Source: Anaeramoeba ignava BMAN
Lineage: Eukaryota; Protista; Anaeramoebae
Direction of reading: 5' to 3'
Assembly (NCBI GenBank): GCA_028826165.1
Contig: JAPDFW010000053.1
Span: forward strand, 372,001-436,000
Length of the DNA: 64,000 nucleotides
The notes under the pieces were generated by a model, which worked only from the letters and a program-made list of their open reading frames with translations, was not told the origin of the DNA and did no database searches. The translations under genes and the position numbers were made by a program. How positions within the stretch are numbered: position 1 is the stretch's first letter; each line of letters starts with the position of its first letter. Positions 35,401-49,697 of this stretch are shown here, one piece after another.

Positions 35401-38400
35401 GAAAAAGGAATTGATATAAATGCAAAAAATAATAATGACGAAACTGCTTTACACAGTATTTTCAAGCGCAAAAATCAAAATCAAAATCAAAATCAAAATT
35501 TAATCGAAGCCATCAAATTACTTATTGAGCAAGGAATTGATATAAATTTCACAACAATAGAAACTCAAGAAACACCTCTTCATCTTGCTGCTAAAAGATC
35601 TTCATTCGAAATTATTAAATTTCTTATTGAAAACGGTGCTAATATTGATGTGAAAACAAAACAAAACGAACTACCTTTAAGCTTTATTTTAGCTTATCAA
35701 AAAGAACATTTTTTCGAAAAAGTAAAATTGTTTATTGAAAAAGGAGATCATCTTAAATTGCAAAACACTTTGAATATTAAAGAAATACCTTTGCATTATG
35801 TTTTCCGAAACATTAACGTTTCAGTTCAAACAATTAAGTTTCTTATTGAACAAGGAATTGATATACATGCCACAAATAGTACAAATGAAACTGCTTTACA
35901 CTTTGCTTGCCAATTCCAAAACCCAAATTCAATTGAAATTATTCGCTTTCTTATTCAACAAGGAATTGATATAAATTCTAAATCAAATACTAATCATACA
36001 TCTTTGCATTATGCTTGCAGAGAAAATTATGAGGCAAATAATAATAAATATCTATTTGAAATTGCCAAATTTCTTGTTGAAAATGGAGCAGATATAAATG
36101 CAAAAACAAATAACAACGAAACACCATTGCATAATATTTGCCAAATGCACAACAGAAATGTTTTTGAAGTTATCAAATTTCTTGTTGAAAATGGAGCAGA
36201 TATAAATGCCAAAACAAATTATAACTACACACCTTTACATTATATTTGCCAAAGATATTATCTTCCTGAAAAATACAATAAATTTGAAATTATAAAATTT
36301 CTTGTTGAAAAAGGAGCAGATATAAATGCGAAAACAAATGAAAATTACACACCTTTACATTATTTTTGCCAAACCAAATCTGAAAAAATGCTTAAAAAAC
36401 TCAATTTTTTTCTTGAAAAAGGAGCAGATATCAATGCAAAATCAAATTATAACCAAACACCTTTACATCATCTTTGCCGAAACCGAGAACAAAAGTTGTT
36501 CCCACTTATCAAATTATTTATTGAAAAGGGAGCTGATATAAATATTAAATCAAATGATTCTCAAACAATTTTATATATTCTTTGTCAGTATCAAAGGGGA
36601 GATCAAAATTTACTCGAAATGGTTAAATTATTAATTGAAAATGGAGCTGATATAAACGAAGAAAGAAACAAAGAACTTCTTATTACTATTTTTTATAACA
36701 ACCCATATCAGTTTACAAATCCTGTTGAAATCCTCAAGTTTTTTATTGAACTTGGAATTGATCTTGGATCCAAAAAACAACATACAAATCAAACAATTTT
36801 GCATCTCATTTGCCAAAACCAAAGATATTCAAGTTCATTCGAAATGGTTAAATTACTTGTTGAAAATGGAGTAGATCTTAATGCAGAAACAACAAACAAG
36901 GATACACCTTTACATTCTGCATGTAATCCCCAAACTTATGCACAACAACAGTATCAAATTATCGAATATTTAATTGAAAAAGGTTCGAATATAAATGCCA
37001 AAAATGTAACTAACCAAACACCGTTAAATATTGTTTGCCTCAACAACAGACCAAATTTAATAGAAATTGTAAATCTTCTTATTGAAAAAGGAGCTGATAT
37101 TCGAAATGTAGATAATAATCAAAAAACACTATTGCATTTTGCTTGCGAATACTCAAAATCATTTGAACTCATCAAGCTATTTGTTGAAAAAGGTTTAGAT
37201 TTGAAAGCCAAATCTAATGATTATTCAACACCTTTACATAAGCTTTGTTCGAATTATTACCAATATAATAATGGATTTGAAGTCATCAAATATTTAGTTG
37301 AAAAAGGATCTGATTTAAATGAAAAAAATAACCAAGGATCAACACCTTTGCATACTCTTTGTTCAATCAGATACCAATATGAGAATCCAATTGAAATTAT
37401 CAAATATTTAGTTGAAAAAGGATCTGATTTAAATGAAAAAACTAATCAAGGCTTAACACCTTTACATTCAGCTTGCCAATATCCAAATTCATGCGAAATC
37501 ATCAAATATTTGATTGAACAAGGCTCTGATATAAATGCAAAAGATGAAACTGGAAAAACTCCTTTGATTTTAGTTTCCCAATTCCAAAATTCATTTGAAA
37601 TCATGAAGTACTTGATTGAAAAAGGTTCTGATATAAATGCTAAAACAATTCACGACTCAACATTATTACATTCTATTTTCCAATATCAAAGAAATATCTC
37701 TATTGAATTTCTCAAATACTTATTGACAAAAGGAGTTGATTTAGATGCTAAAGATAAAAGTAATCGCAAACCTTTTTCTTATTTAGTTTCAAGAAACAGA
37801 ATCAATGAAATCAAGTTTATGTTATTTAATGGCGCAGATTTTTCCGATTTCCAAGAACAAGAAATTTCAACTGAATCAATTGAATTATTTTCTAGATTTC
37901 TTTCGATTAATGAAGATCTTAATAACTTACTTCAATCTAACGATAATTTTTCAGATTATCAAATTCAATGCCAAGATTCCTTCAAATTTCAAGCACACAA
38001 ATTGATTCTATTAGCAAGACTTGATAACAATGATTCATTACTTGAGAAATTTATCAATCTTTGTTCTCAAAAACCAAAAGAAGATGTTCAACTCGCTCTA
38101 AATTTTATTTACACAGGATTTAATGATCTTGATAAATTGAATGAATTATTTCTCAAACACAAAAATTATAATTCTCAAATGAAAAAAATTCAAGAAGAAT
38201 GGAGGAAAAAAATTATCACACGATATTCCTATTTCTCTGAAAAAAGATCTTTTATTCAGTTAAGAAATAAAGAATTGGAAAGTGAAAGAGAACAATTAAA
38301 AAAACAAATGGAAAAAATTGAAGAATTTTTCAAAGAAATTGGATTGGATTCAAATTGGATTGAATCAAAAACAGGAAGAAGAGGAATTTTGAAAGATTTT

Positions 38401-38736
38401 CACAATAATTTATATGAAAAAGAAGAAACAAAAGATTTCACAATAATTTCAGAAGAAAAAGAAATTAAAGTTCATAAATTAGTTTTATTTTTAAGAAGTG
38501 AATTATTTAAAGGAATGTTTTTAACTGTTCAAGATTCTTCAAATCAAGTTCATGATTATTCAGAAAAACCATTTGAAATAATTAATCAATTAATTTATTT
38601 TTTTTATCATGATAAATTTAAAGAAGAAACAAAAGATTTCAAAAAAGAAATTCAAAAAGAAGAATTTTTAGATTTAAAAGATTATTATCAATTGAATCAA
38701 AATTCAATAATTGATTTAATTTTGGAAGATTTTTAA
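32463..38736 (+). CDS. Giant intronless ankyrin-repeat + tandem BTB protein (~2090 aa), split by a 1-nt frameshift at ~33730
   Basis: Dozens of ETALH.IC..LIE.IKFLIEKGIDIN repeats. GGA ATT TAA at 33726-33734 versus the repeat consensus GGA ATT AAT joins the two ORFs. C-terminal BTBs (FSDYQI..AHKLILLAR; KDFTI..VHKLVLFLRSELFKGMF). Confidence 0.9.
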
Positions 38737-39011
38737 TCCAAAAGAGAAAAGAGAAAAGAAAAAAGAAAAAGAAAAAGAAAAAGAAAAAAGAAGAAAGAGA
38801 AAAGAAAAAGAAAAAAGAAAAAAGAAAAAAGAAAAAAGAAAATTCTTAATAACTTTTCAGTTCCAACATACACTAAAAAGAAATACAACCAAACATTTTT
38901 AAACCCAAGAATTTTTAATTTTAATTTTAATTTTGATTTTAATTTTGATTTTAATTTTAATTTTAATTTTAATTTTGATTTTGATTTTGATTTTGATTTA
39001 AATTTTGAATT

Positions 39012-42000
39012 TTAATTTTGATTTTGATTTTGATTTTGATTTTGATTTTGATTTTGATTTTGATTTTGATTTTGATTTTGATGAAAATATTGTTGGTAAT
39101 GATGATTTTGATAAATTGAATCATTTGGGATTCTTTCAAAGTTATTTTGAATATAATGGTGATTTATTGGATTTAGTTGATAAGAATTTGAATCAAGATA
39201 ATCAATTTCATGATCATTTGAATTATAATTTAGATTGTGATATTGAATTGGATTTTGATTTGGATTAAAATATTGATTTTGATTTTGATTTTGATTTTGA
39301 TTTTGATGTTGATTCTGATTTTGATTTTGATTCTGATTTTGATTTTGATTTTGATTTTGATTCATTATATATTGATTATATTCTTGGGGATAATTTAGAG
39401 AATCTTCTTGAGATTGATAAATTTGATGAATATGATTTGGTTCATTCATTTCTATTAACGAATGATCTTGAGAAAAAGATGGTAAATAATTTTCTTGAGA
39501 TTTATAAATTTGAGGATTTTTCTGATGAATTCTCCAATGATTTTGAATATTTGGATTATGAATTTGTTCATCAACAAATTTATTCATGGAAAATGTTTCA
39601 GGAATATTATTTTGAAAAGAAGGATTATATTCATTTTGATGGTGATAATTTTGGTGATAATGTGAATGATCAAGATGTGAAAATTGAGGATTTGAATATC
39701 TTCTTTTGTATTGATATTGGTATTGATATTCGTATTCATATTCATATTGATATTCATATTCGTTGCTTGGATGATTTGGAGATGATTGTGTTTGGGATTC
39801 CCATTGATTTTCTTTCATATTTTTGTCATCAGAAAATTCATCATCACTCAAACTTAAGTGATCAACTATTCCAAATTCAGTGATAGGATCAACGAATTTA
39901 TCATCATCACTTTCTCCTTTTAAAGGTATTTTCTTTTGTTTATTTACTGGATCCCAAAATTTATGTCTTTCTTTGAGTGAAAAAAGTGGATTATTTAAAT
40001 TTTCTTCATTTTGATTTTTAATTGTGGTTTTGGGAGAATTATTTTTTTCAAGATTTCTTTTCCATTCTTGGATCATTTTAACAATTGGTTTTTGTGTGCT
40101 TGGAGTCAAATTTTGATTTTGATTTTGATTTTGATTTTGATTTTGAAATTTATTTTGATTTTGATTTTGATTTTGATTTTGATTTTGAATTTGATTTTGA
40201 ATTTGATTTTGAATTTGATTTTGAATTTGATTTTGAATTTGATTTTGATTTTGATTTTGATTTTTGATTTTGATTTTGATTTTGATTTTGATTTTGATTT
40301 TGATTTTGATTTTGATTTTGATTTTGATTTTGATTTTGATTTTGATTTTGATTTTGATTTTGATTTTGATTTTGATTTTGATTTTTATTTTGATTTTGAT
40401 TTTGATTTTGATTTTGATTTTGATTTTGATTTTGAATTTGATTTTTAATTTGAATTTGATTTTGAATTTGATTTTGAATTTGAATTTGATTTTGATTTTG
40501 ATTTTGATTTTGATTTTTGAATTTCTTTTCATTTTGAACAATTTTTTGGTTTTTTGTCTTTCTTGTTTCATTTGATATTTTTTGATTATTTTTCTTAGAG
40601 AATTTTTTCTTTTTTGATTCTTCTTCTTTTTGATTTTTTTCTTGTAACTTGGATTTGTTTGTAAATTTTTTGGGTGAGTTAGTTTGATTAATTTGTTCTT
40701 TTTCATTAATTTGTTCTTTTTTATTAATTTGTTCTTTTTTATTAATTTGTTCTTTTTTATTAATTTGTTCTTTTTTATTAATTTGTTCTTTTTCATTAAA
40801 TTGTTCTTTTTCATTAAATTGTTCTTTTTCATTAAATTGTTCTTTTTCATTAAATTGTTCTTTTTCATTAATTTGTTCTTTTTTATTAATTTGTTCTTTT
40901 TTATTAATTTGTTCTTTTTTATTAAATTGTTCTTTTTCATTAAATTGTTCTTTTTCATTAATTTGTTCTTTTTTATTAATTTGTTCTTTTTTATTAAATT
41001 GTTCTTTTTTATTAATTTGTTCTTTTTCATTAAATTGTTCTTTTTCATTAAATTGTTCTTTTTCATTAATTTGTTCTTTTTGATTAATTTGTTCTTTTTT
41101 ATTAATTTGTTCTTTTTCATTAAATTGTTCTTTTTCATTAATTTGTTCTTTTTCATTAATTTGTTCTTTTTTATTAATTTGTTCTTTTTTATTAAATTGT
41201 TCTTTTTCATTAATTTGTTCTTTTTTATTAAATTGTTCTTTTTCATTAAATTGTTCTTTTTCATTAATTTGTTCTTTTTCATTAATTTGTTCTTTTTTAT
41301 TAAATTGTTCTTTTTCATTAATTTGTTCTTTTTCATTAATTTGTTCTTTTTCATTAAATTGTTCTTTTTCATTAATTTGTTCTTTTTTATTAAATTGTTC
41401 TTTTTCATTAATTTGTTCTTTTTGTAATTCAAGAATTTGAATTTTAGTTTCTTGTATTTTTTCTTTTTTTATATCACTTGATGATTGAGTATTTACATTT
41501 TGAGATTCGATTTTTTGAGAATTTTGTGAAGAATTTGTTAAAATTTCATGATTTTGTTTTTGAGATTGAATTTGAGGTTGAGTTGATAATTGCTCTGTAA
41601 ATTGTTCTTGGAATATTTGTCTTTTTTTGGAAATATTTCGTTGTTTTTTATTTTGAGGATTTTGTTGAGGAGAATTTAATTTGAATTTCTTTTTGTTTCC
41701 TTGATTTTTATTATTGTTCGCATTAGCTTGATGTTTGATATAATTTTTTGAGGATTTTTGTTCAGGTTCTTCATTTCTCATTTGTTTTTGGCTATTTATA
41801 AAGGAATCAATATCGTTTGATTTATTTTTATTTTGTGTATTTGTATTTATTTGGATGATTTGGCTATTTTTGATTTTCTTTTTGAGTTTAATAGTTTGGA
41901 AATAAGTGAGTTTTGAAATGTTGATTCTTTCGGTTTTTCTAATTTCAAGGAAATCACGAAGTAAAATGAAACAAACAAAAATAGTGCAAAAAATAAGAAC

Positions 42001-45000
42001 GCACAGAAAACTATTATAAACATATCCTTCATATTTTGTGAGTGGTTGTAAACTTTCACATAATGAAAGAAAGCGTTGAGGAAGAATAATGTTAACTGGG
42101 AATTTGAAATAACCACTTTGAGTTTTGAAACAAATGTTTTTTCTAACGAAAGATTTAGTAAAATCAGGTCGATAAAGTAAAGAAATATTTTTTCTTTCGC
42201 CAGGTTCAATTAAAATTTCATTTTCTTCATTTCCAAAATCCAGAAATAGTCCATAACCTGTTAAACTTGAACCATCAGTACTAATACTTTCTATATGTAT
42301 TGGAAGTTCTCCTGCGTTGATTGCAGTGAAATTTCTAACAAAAAGAAAAGGATTTTGAATGATATACTCTTCTGCTTCTTCGTTTCCATTTTGGTTTTGA
42401 TTTTGGTTTTGATTTTGGTTTTGATTTTGGTTTTGATTTTGATTTAGATCTTTATTTTGATCTTGATTTTGATTTTGATTTTGATTTAGATTTTGATTTT
42501 GATTTTGATATTGATTTTGATATTGATCTTGATTTTGATTTTGATTATTTTCTTGATCAGTTAATGAATTTGTATGTAATATTGTTTGCTTTTGTTGTTG
42601 TTTCTCAATATCAATTCTTTCAATTTCTAATGTTTTGATATCAATATCAGAAATTGTCAAATTTTTGTTTTGGATCTGATTTTTATCTTTAGAAAAATTT
42701 GATGATTTTGTATTGTGTGATTTTTTTTGAGAAGAGAATTGAGTGGATTTTTTATGAATAAGTTGGTTCTTTTCAGATTTCATTTTTAAGCATATTTGAA
42801 GATCTGATTCATCTATGAAAAAAAACAGGTTATTTTCTGGGTTATCTTGAACAAATTCTTTGTATTCATTTGGGATACTACTTGGTTCCAAAACAATGTT
42901 ACCACTTCCTCCTTTGCCAACAACATGAACCAAGTCAAGAATGGTTAAGTTGTTTCTGATAATAATGGAACCTGAAAATTGGTCTCTTGATTCTGGAGTG
43001 AAGAATATTTTAGCTACAGGAATTTGGGAATGAGGATCAATAATCACAGTATCTCTAATTCCATCTGGAAATGTAAATGAGGGTTCAATTAAAGTAACGT
43101 CATAATTGTTGAAAATATTAGAATTTGAATCAATACTAAAAGATCCAATATTTTGTTTGTCAGCATTTTCATCAGAATTTCGATTTTGATTTAGATTTTG
43201 ATTCTGATTTTGATTCTTAATTGCATAAGGAATGATTTGAGTAGATATTGGATAATCAGAAGGATTGAATAAATAAAGATATTTCCAAACAGTTTTGCCA
43301 ATATGAACAAAAGAGAAATCAATTAAGTTATCAACAACAACACTTGGATGTATTAGTTCTGCTTTGACAGGAATTCTTATATTTGAAACTAGATTGCTTT
43401 TAATTGTAATTTGGACGTTTATAATGTTTTTGCCACTATCCTTAATTGATTCCCAAATGATCAATGATTCTTTTAATTTTTTTAGATCAACAGCTTTTGA
43501 GTAATCATCTTGATAATAACTTTTGCCATTTCTAAAATGAATATAGTCTTCGTTGGGGTTGTTTATTTGTGATGGATCAAATTCTACACTCAAAACAATT
43601 TGAAATTCTCTTGCAGAAAATTCCTCTTTTTGGATTATTGGAATTATTCGTGTGTCTGTTGATTCTGCTGAATAAAGGATGATATTTTTTGGGAATGTTG
43701 TTTTTGCATGTAAATTTTGAGTGATTTTTTTTCCTGGAAATGAAGGTTCAAATACAATTTCTGAGGGGGAAAACGTTAAAGATCCTTGTAAACTTTCGTA
43801 ATAAACAAAAATATTAATTGTTTCATGATCTGTAAATATTTGAATAAGACCAACTTTTTCTTCTTCTCTATTTATATAAATAAAATGAAAAAAAATTAAA
43901 TGAATGAATGAATGAAATAAAAAAATTTTTTTTTAAAAAGATGGATAATAAATTTTGTTTACATTTTTGTTGTTAATTCAACAGAATAAACAACATAATC
44001 TCCTGGCTCAAGAATAAGACATCCACCTCCTAATGAATGATCCAATTTATTATATCCGTATTTATTTTTCAATTTTTGGATATTGATCCTAATATTTTCA
44101 AGTAAAACTGTAATTTGGGATATTGTAACTGTAACTGGATTAAAATTGGTCAATTTAATTTTCCTCACTCGAACTTCATTAACTGAAGAAGCTCCAAAAT
44201 TTAATATGTTTATTTGAGAATAACTTTTCTGTCCAACATTAAAATTGATTGAATATAATTTGGATATTTTTTCAATTATTTTCAATGATTTTTCAAATTT
44301 TCCTTTGTTTTCTCTTTCGTGTTTTCCAGGAAAGGAAATTTCGAGTTTGCCTTGACAAATTTGAAGAGGAACAACAAAATCCGAAATATTTGTTCTGATT
44401 ACTAACTCAGTTTCATAGCTGATATCGTAATTGTTTGAAGTAAATTCGACTGCCATTGTATTCTATTTTTTTAAATCATAAAAATATTTATTAATTATTT
44501 TTGATTTTTTTTTTTTTTGATTATTTTTATTTACAAAAGATCTAAAAGGAGGGATAACAAGCCCAATATTTTCTGAAGAAATTTTAAATTTGTTATCAGG
44601 AATAAATATTGAAAATATTCGAAGTGGAATTGGGAATTCATTGATTAAATTTATTGGTCTTAAAATATTTGGATTGTCTGGATTTGTTAAGAAAATTGTT
44701 TCCCATTTATCAAATAAAACAGTTCCGTGATGAATAGTTGCTTTATAAGGAATTGTAATATTTTGTAATTTTTGCTCTTGATCATTGATTTGGATGCAAA
44801 TCTAATAAAAAATATAAAAATCAATATTTTAATTTTAATTTGAATTTGATAAATAATTTTTTCTTCAAAAAAAAAAAAGCAAAACAAATTAACTTACTTT
44901 TCCTTGAAAAGTTCCAGAAATTCTACCTAAATAAGAAACAGAGAATGATATTTTTTCCTTTTATTTGAAAAAATTTAAAAAATTAAAATTTAAAAAATTA

Positions 45001-47951
45001 CAATTAAAATAAATGTTTGTTTTGCTTACAGGAATTGAAGGAATTGTCTTGTTTTCAGGTTGAGTATTTATATATATTAAAGGGTCATCATCAGGAAGAA
45101 TAATATTTGTTATTGAAATGGGATAATTATGGAAATTGAAAAAAGAAATTTCAACATCTTTTTTGCCAATTGAATTTGAATCACTAATAATGATTCCAAA
45201 ATCAATTTTAGAAGGGTCAGCAATAATTTCATTCTAAATCAAATTAAAAAAATAAATAATAAAAATAAATAATAAATAATAAATAATAAAAAGAATTGAT
45301 TACATTTGTAACTGAAATTTCAACAGGAATTATAAAATTTTCTTGATCTGTAAGAATTTTAATATTTCCTTGAAAATCTTGAAGTTTATTACTAAAGAAG
45401 GAGATATTACTGATAATTCTTGTTGTAAAAGGAGGTATTTTCTAAATTAAAACGGATTTTTTTTGTTTTTTTAAATATTTATTTTTTTTCAAATATTTAT
45501 TTATTTTTTTTTACCCAAATTTCAAATAAATTTTCTGAACCAGTTAAATCTTTTGGAGAAGAATGAAATAAAGAAGAGGAACTTGGGATAATATCAAGGA
45601 TTTGAAGTGTATAATTATAAGGATTATATATTTGAATAATAGCTCTAAGAACTTGATTAACTTTAACAAAACTATGTAAAGTTTTTAGATTGTAAATTGA
45701 TTTTTCTACGAATCCTTGTAAATTACAAGAAACAATTCCTTTTGATGTTGAGAAGTATAAATTTCCATTAATAATCCCAAGTGTTGATGGTATAAAGGAT
45801 ATTTCAACTGTAATATTTGATTTTGGTTGAATGATCTTTTTTTTTTTTTTTTTTTTTTAATGAGAAATGATAGAATTTTTAAATTTTTAAATTTTTAAAT
45901 TTTGTTTGTTTGTTTTTTTTTTTTTACTTTTGGATCTTGAAATTTAAGTTTAAAATCTTTGTTGTCAAATTGAACAGAGTGAATTGAAATTGTTTTAGAG
46001 TAATTATTGTAAAGATAAATGCTTAAAGTTTTTTCAGTACAAATTTGTCTAAATTTTAATAATTTTGATAAATAAATTTATAAATTTTAATAATTTTATA
46101 AATAAATTTATAATTAATTTTATATTTAATTTTATATTTAATTTTATAAATAAATTTATAAATTTTAATAATTTTATAAATAAATTTATAAATTTTAATA
46201 ATTTTATAAATAATTTTATAAATAATTTTGATAATAATTTTATAAATAATTTTGATAATAAATTTATAAATAATTAATTTTATAAATAATTTTGATAATA
46301 AATTTGATAATAAATTTGATAATAAATTTGATAATAAATTTGATAATAATTTTGATAATAATTTTGTAAATAATTTTATAAATAATTTTATAAATAATTT
46401 TGATAATAATTTTGATAATAATTTTATATTTAATTTTGATAATAATTTTATATTTAATTTTGATAATAATTTTGATAATAATTTTGATAATAATTTTGAT
46501 AATAATTTTGATAATAATTTTATATTTAATTTTGATAATAATTTTGATAATAATTTTGATAATAATTTTGATAATAAATTTATATTTAATTTTAATAATA
46601 ATTTTATATAATTTTGTAAATAAATTTATATTTAATTTTAATAATAATTTTATAAATAATTTTGATAATAATTTTGATAATAATTTTGATAATAATTTTA
46701 TATTTAATTTTGATAATAATTTTATAAATAATTTTGATAAATAATTTTATAATAATTTTATAAATAAATTTTATAAATAATTTTGATAATAATTTAATAA
46801 ATAATTTTGATAATAATTTTAATAAATAATTTTGATAATAATTTAATAAATAATTTTATAAATAATTTTAATAATTTTATAAATAATTTTGATAATAATT
46901 TTGATAATAATTTTGATAATAATTTTATATTTAATTTTGATAATAATTTTATATTTAATTTTGATAATAATTTTAATAATAATTTTATATATTTAATTTT
47001 ATAAATAATTTTGATAATAATTTTAATAAATAATTTTATATTTAATTTTGATAATAATTTTGATAATAATTTTGATAATAATTTTGATAATAATTTTGAT
47101 AATAATTTTGATAATAATTTTGATAATAAATTTGATAATAATTTTGATAAATAATTTTTATAATTAATTTTATAAATAAATTTTATAAATAATTTTATAA
47201 ATAATTTAATAATTTTGATAATAATTTTGATAATAATTTTGATAATAATTTTGATAATAAATTTATAAATAATTTTGATAATAAATTTATAAATAATTTT
47301 GATAATAAATTTATAAATAATTTTGATAATAAATTTTATAAATAATTTTGATAATAAATTTATAAATAATTTTGATAATAATTTTGATAAATAATTTTAT
47401 AATTAATTTTATATTTAATTTTGATAATAATTTTATATTTAATTTTGATAATAATTTTATAATTAATTTTATAAATAATTTTATAAATAATTTTATAAAT
47501 AATTTTATAAATAATTTTATAAATAATTTTGATAATAATTTTGATAATAATTTTGATAATAATTTAATAAATAATTTTGATAATAATTTTGATAATAATT
47601 TTGATAATAAATAATTTTATAAATAATTTTAATAATAATTTTGATAATAATTTTAATAATAATTTTTACATTGTTTCAAAATTTAAAAAAGGAGGATAAA
47701 TAGCAATATATTCGTTTTCATCAAATGAATTAAAATTTTCTGGATTTGTATTTGGTATATATTGTTGATTCTCAGATTGAAAATAATTTTGTGATGAATT
47801 TCTAGATTAAAAATAAATAAAAAAATAAAAAAATAAAAAATAACAAAAAGAAAAAGAAAAATAGAAATGATTACAAGGAATTTTGATGAGTGAATGTATT
47901 TTTGGTTCTTGATAAAACGTAAAGTAAGATCAAAAAAACAGATAAATTCAT
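39012..47951 (-). CDS. TMEM131: TMEM131-like type I membrane protein with long low-complexity cytoplasmic tail
   Basis: Signal peptide [14 protein letters not shown] (ATG 47951); exons 47951-47875, 47801-47670, 46048-45928, 45835-~45515, further small exons, then a long last exon. Motifs [47 protein letters not shown]; [19 protein letters not shown]; frameshift inside the QN repeat near 40262. Confidence 0.85.
40686..41427 (-). repeat. Coding 18-bp tandem repeat, ~41 copies, (E/K)KEQ(I/F)N
   Basis: Direct reading, in the TMEM131 tail. Confidence 0.95.
46055..47665 (+). repeat. Intronic (AATAATTTTGAT/AATAATTTTATA)n 12-mer satellite
   Basis: Fills the 1.6-kb intron 46049-47669 of TMEM131. Confidence 0.9.
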
Positions 47952-48214
47952 TCTGTTTCTTGAAATGAAATTGAATTGGAATTGATTGAAAAAAATAATA
48001 TTGAAAAAGCAAATGAAAAAAAAGAAAAAAAAATGAAATTTTAAAAAAAGAAAAAGTTTTTTTTTTTAATTAATTTTTTTCCCTTTTTTTTTCTTCTTTT
48101 AATTTATTTTATTTTTAAATTTAAAATTGGAATTTTTTTTTTGACATGTTTCTTTATTAAATAAGAAATAAAAAAGAAAATATTATTAAAATTGATTAAA
48201 AATTTAATTTAATA

Positions 48215-49410
48215 AACTAATTTAAATTCTATTTAAAATAAAATCGGATAAAAATTATTTAATAAATTATTTAATAAATTATTTAATAAATTAATTAATA
48301 AATTAATTTAAATTCTATTTAAAATAAAATCGGATAAAAAATTAATTAATAAATTATTTAATAAATTAATTAATAAATTTAATTTAAATTCTATTTAAAA
48401 TAAAATCGGATAAAAATTATTTAATAAATTATTTAATAAATTATTTAATAAACTAATTAATAAATTAAATTAAATTCTATTCAAAATAAAATCGGAAAAA
48501 AAATTATTTAATAAATTATTTAATAAATTATTTAATAAATTATTTAATAAATTATTTAATAAATTATTTAATAAACTATTTAATAAATTATTTAATAAAC
48601 TATTTAATAAATTATTTAATAAATTATTTAATAAATTGATTTTAAATTCTAATTTAAAATAAAATCGGATTTAAAAATTATTTAATAAATTATTTAATAA
48701 AAATTATTTAAATTTATTCAAAACTTTAAAATCGGATTAAAAATTAATTAATAAAAATTATTTAATAAAATTATTTAATAAATTATTTAATAAATTATTT
48801 AATAAATTAATTAATAAATTAATTTAAATTCTATTCAAAAATAAAATCGGATAAAAAATTTTAATTAATAAATTAATTTAAAATTCTAAATTAATTTAAA
48901 TTCAAAAATAAAATCGGATAATAAAATTATTTAATAAATTATTTAATAAATTATTTAATAAAAATAATTTAATAAATTCTATTCAAAATAAAATCGGATA
49001 AAAATTATTTAATAAATTAATTTAAATTCTATTCAAAATAAAATCGGATAAAAATTAATTAATAAATTATTTAATAAATTGTTTAATAAATTATTTAATA
49101 AAAGTATTTAATAAATTATTTAATAAATTAATTTAATAAATTATTTAATAAATTATTTAATAAATTAATTTAAAATTTAAATTCTATTTAAAATAAAAAT
49201 CGGATAAAAATTATTTAATAAATTATTTAATAAATTAATTTAAATTCTATTCAAAATAAAATCGGATAATAAATTATTTAATAAATTATTTAATAAATTA
49301 TTTAATAAATTATTTAATAAATTATTTAATAAATTATTTAATAAATTATTTAATAAAATAATTAATAAATTAATTTAAATTCTATTTAAAATAAAATCGG
49401 AAAAAAAAAA
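48215..49410 (+). repeat. Intergenic composite array: 13 copies of (TTTAAATTCTATT[T/C]AAAAT)AAAATCGGA separated by variable runs of a TTATTTAATAAA 12-mer
   Basis: TCGG at 48244, 48330, 48406, 48492, 48665, 48732, 48847, 48914, 48994, 49044, 49200, 49262, 49397. Confidence 0.85.
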
Positions 49411-49697
49411 TTTAATTAATAAATAATACTAAAAATGACGAATTGATCTTAAAAAAATTGTTTTTATTATTTAAAATATACGTTAAATTAAAATAAAAAA
49501 AAATTATAAATAAAAAAAATTTTTTTAATTTAACGATTTTTTTATTTTTATTTTTATTTTTTTTTTTACACAAAAACAATAATTAATTATTAACGGTTTT
49601 TTTTTTGAAAGAAAACCAAAAAACAAAACACAAAATCACTTTTTTTTTTTCTTTGAAAATAATAATTAAAAAAACAACACAATTAAAAACAAATATA

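Noticed and set aside
38915-39030. TAA/CAA alternation in the QN repeat suggesting TAA-to-Gln reassignment
   Set aside because: Most genes in the window end at TAA right after conserved C-termini and long ORFs have no in-frame TAA; the standard code fits.
40255-40270. Overlapping long ORFs / frameshift in the TMEM131 tail
   Set aside because: One extra T in a (TTTTGA)n tract; the alternative frames are open only because the repeats lack stops.
40011-41427. Antisense ORFs (ILILIL, DFDFDF, FFFINL repeats) and similar ORFs at 46065-47614 and 53388-55188
   Set aside because: Translations of microsatellites on the non-coding strand or inside introns (apart from short stretches overlapping real G-alpha exons); no independent coding evidence.
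48215-49410. CRISPR-like repeat-spacer appearance
   Set aside because: Eukaryotic context, spacers are low-complexity repeats of variable length, and there are no cas genes.
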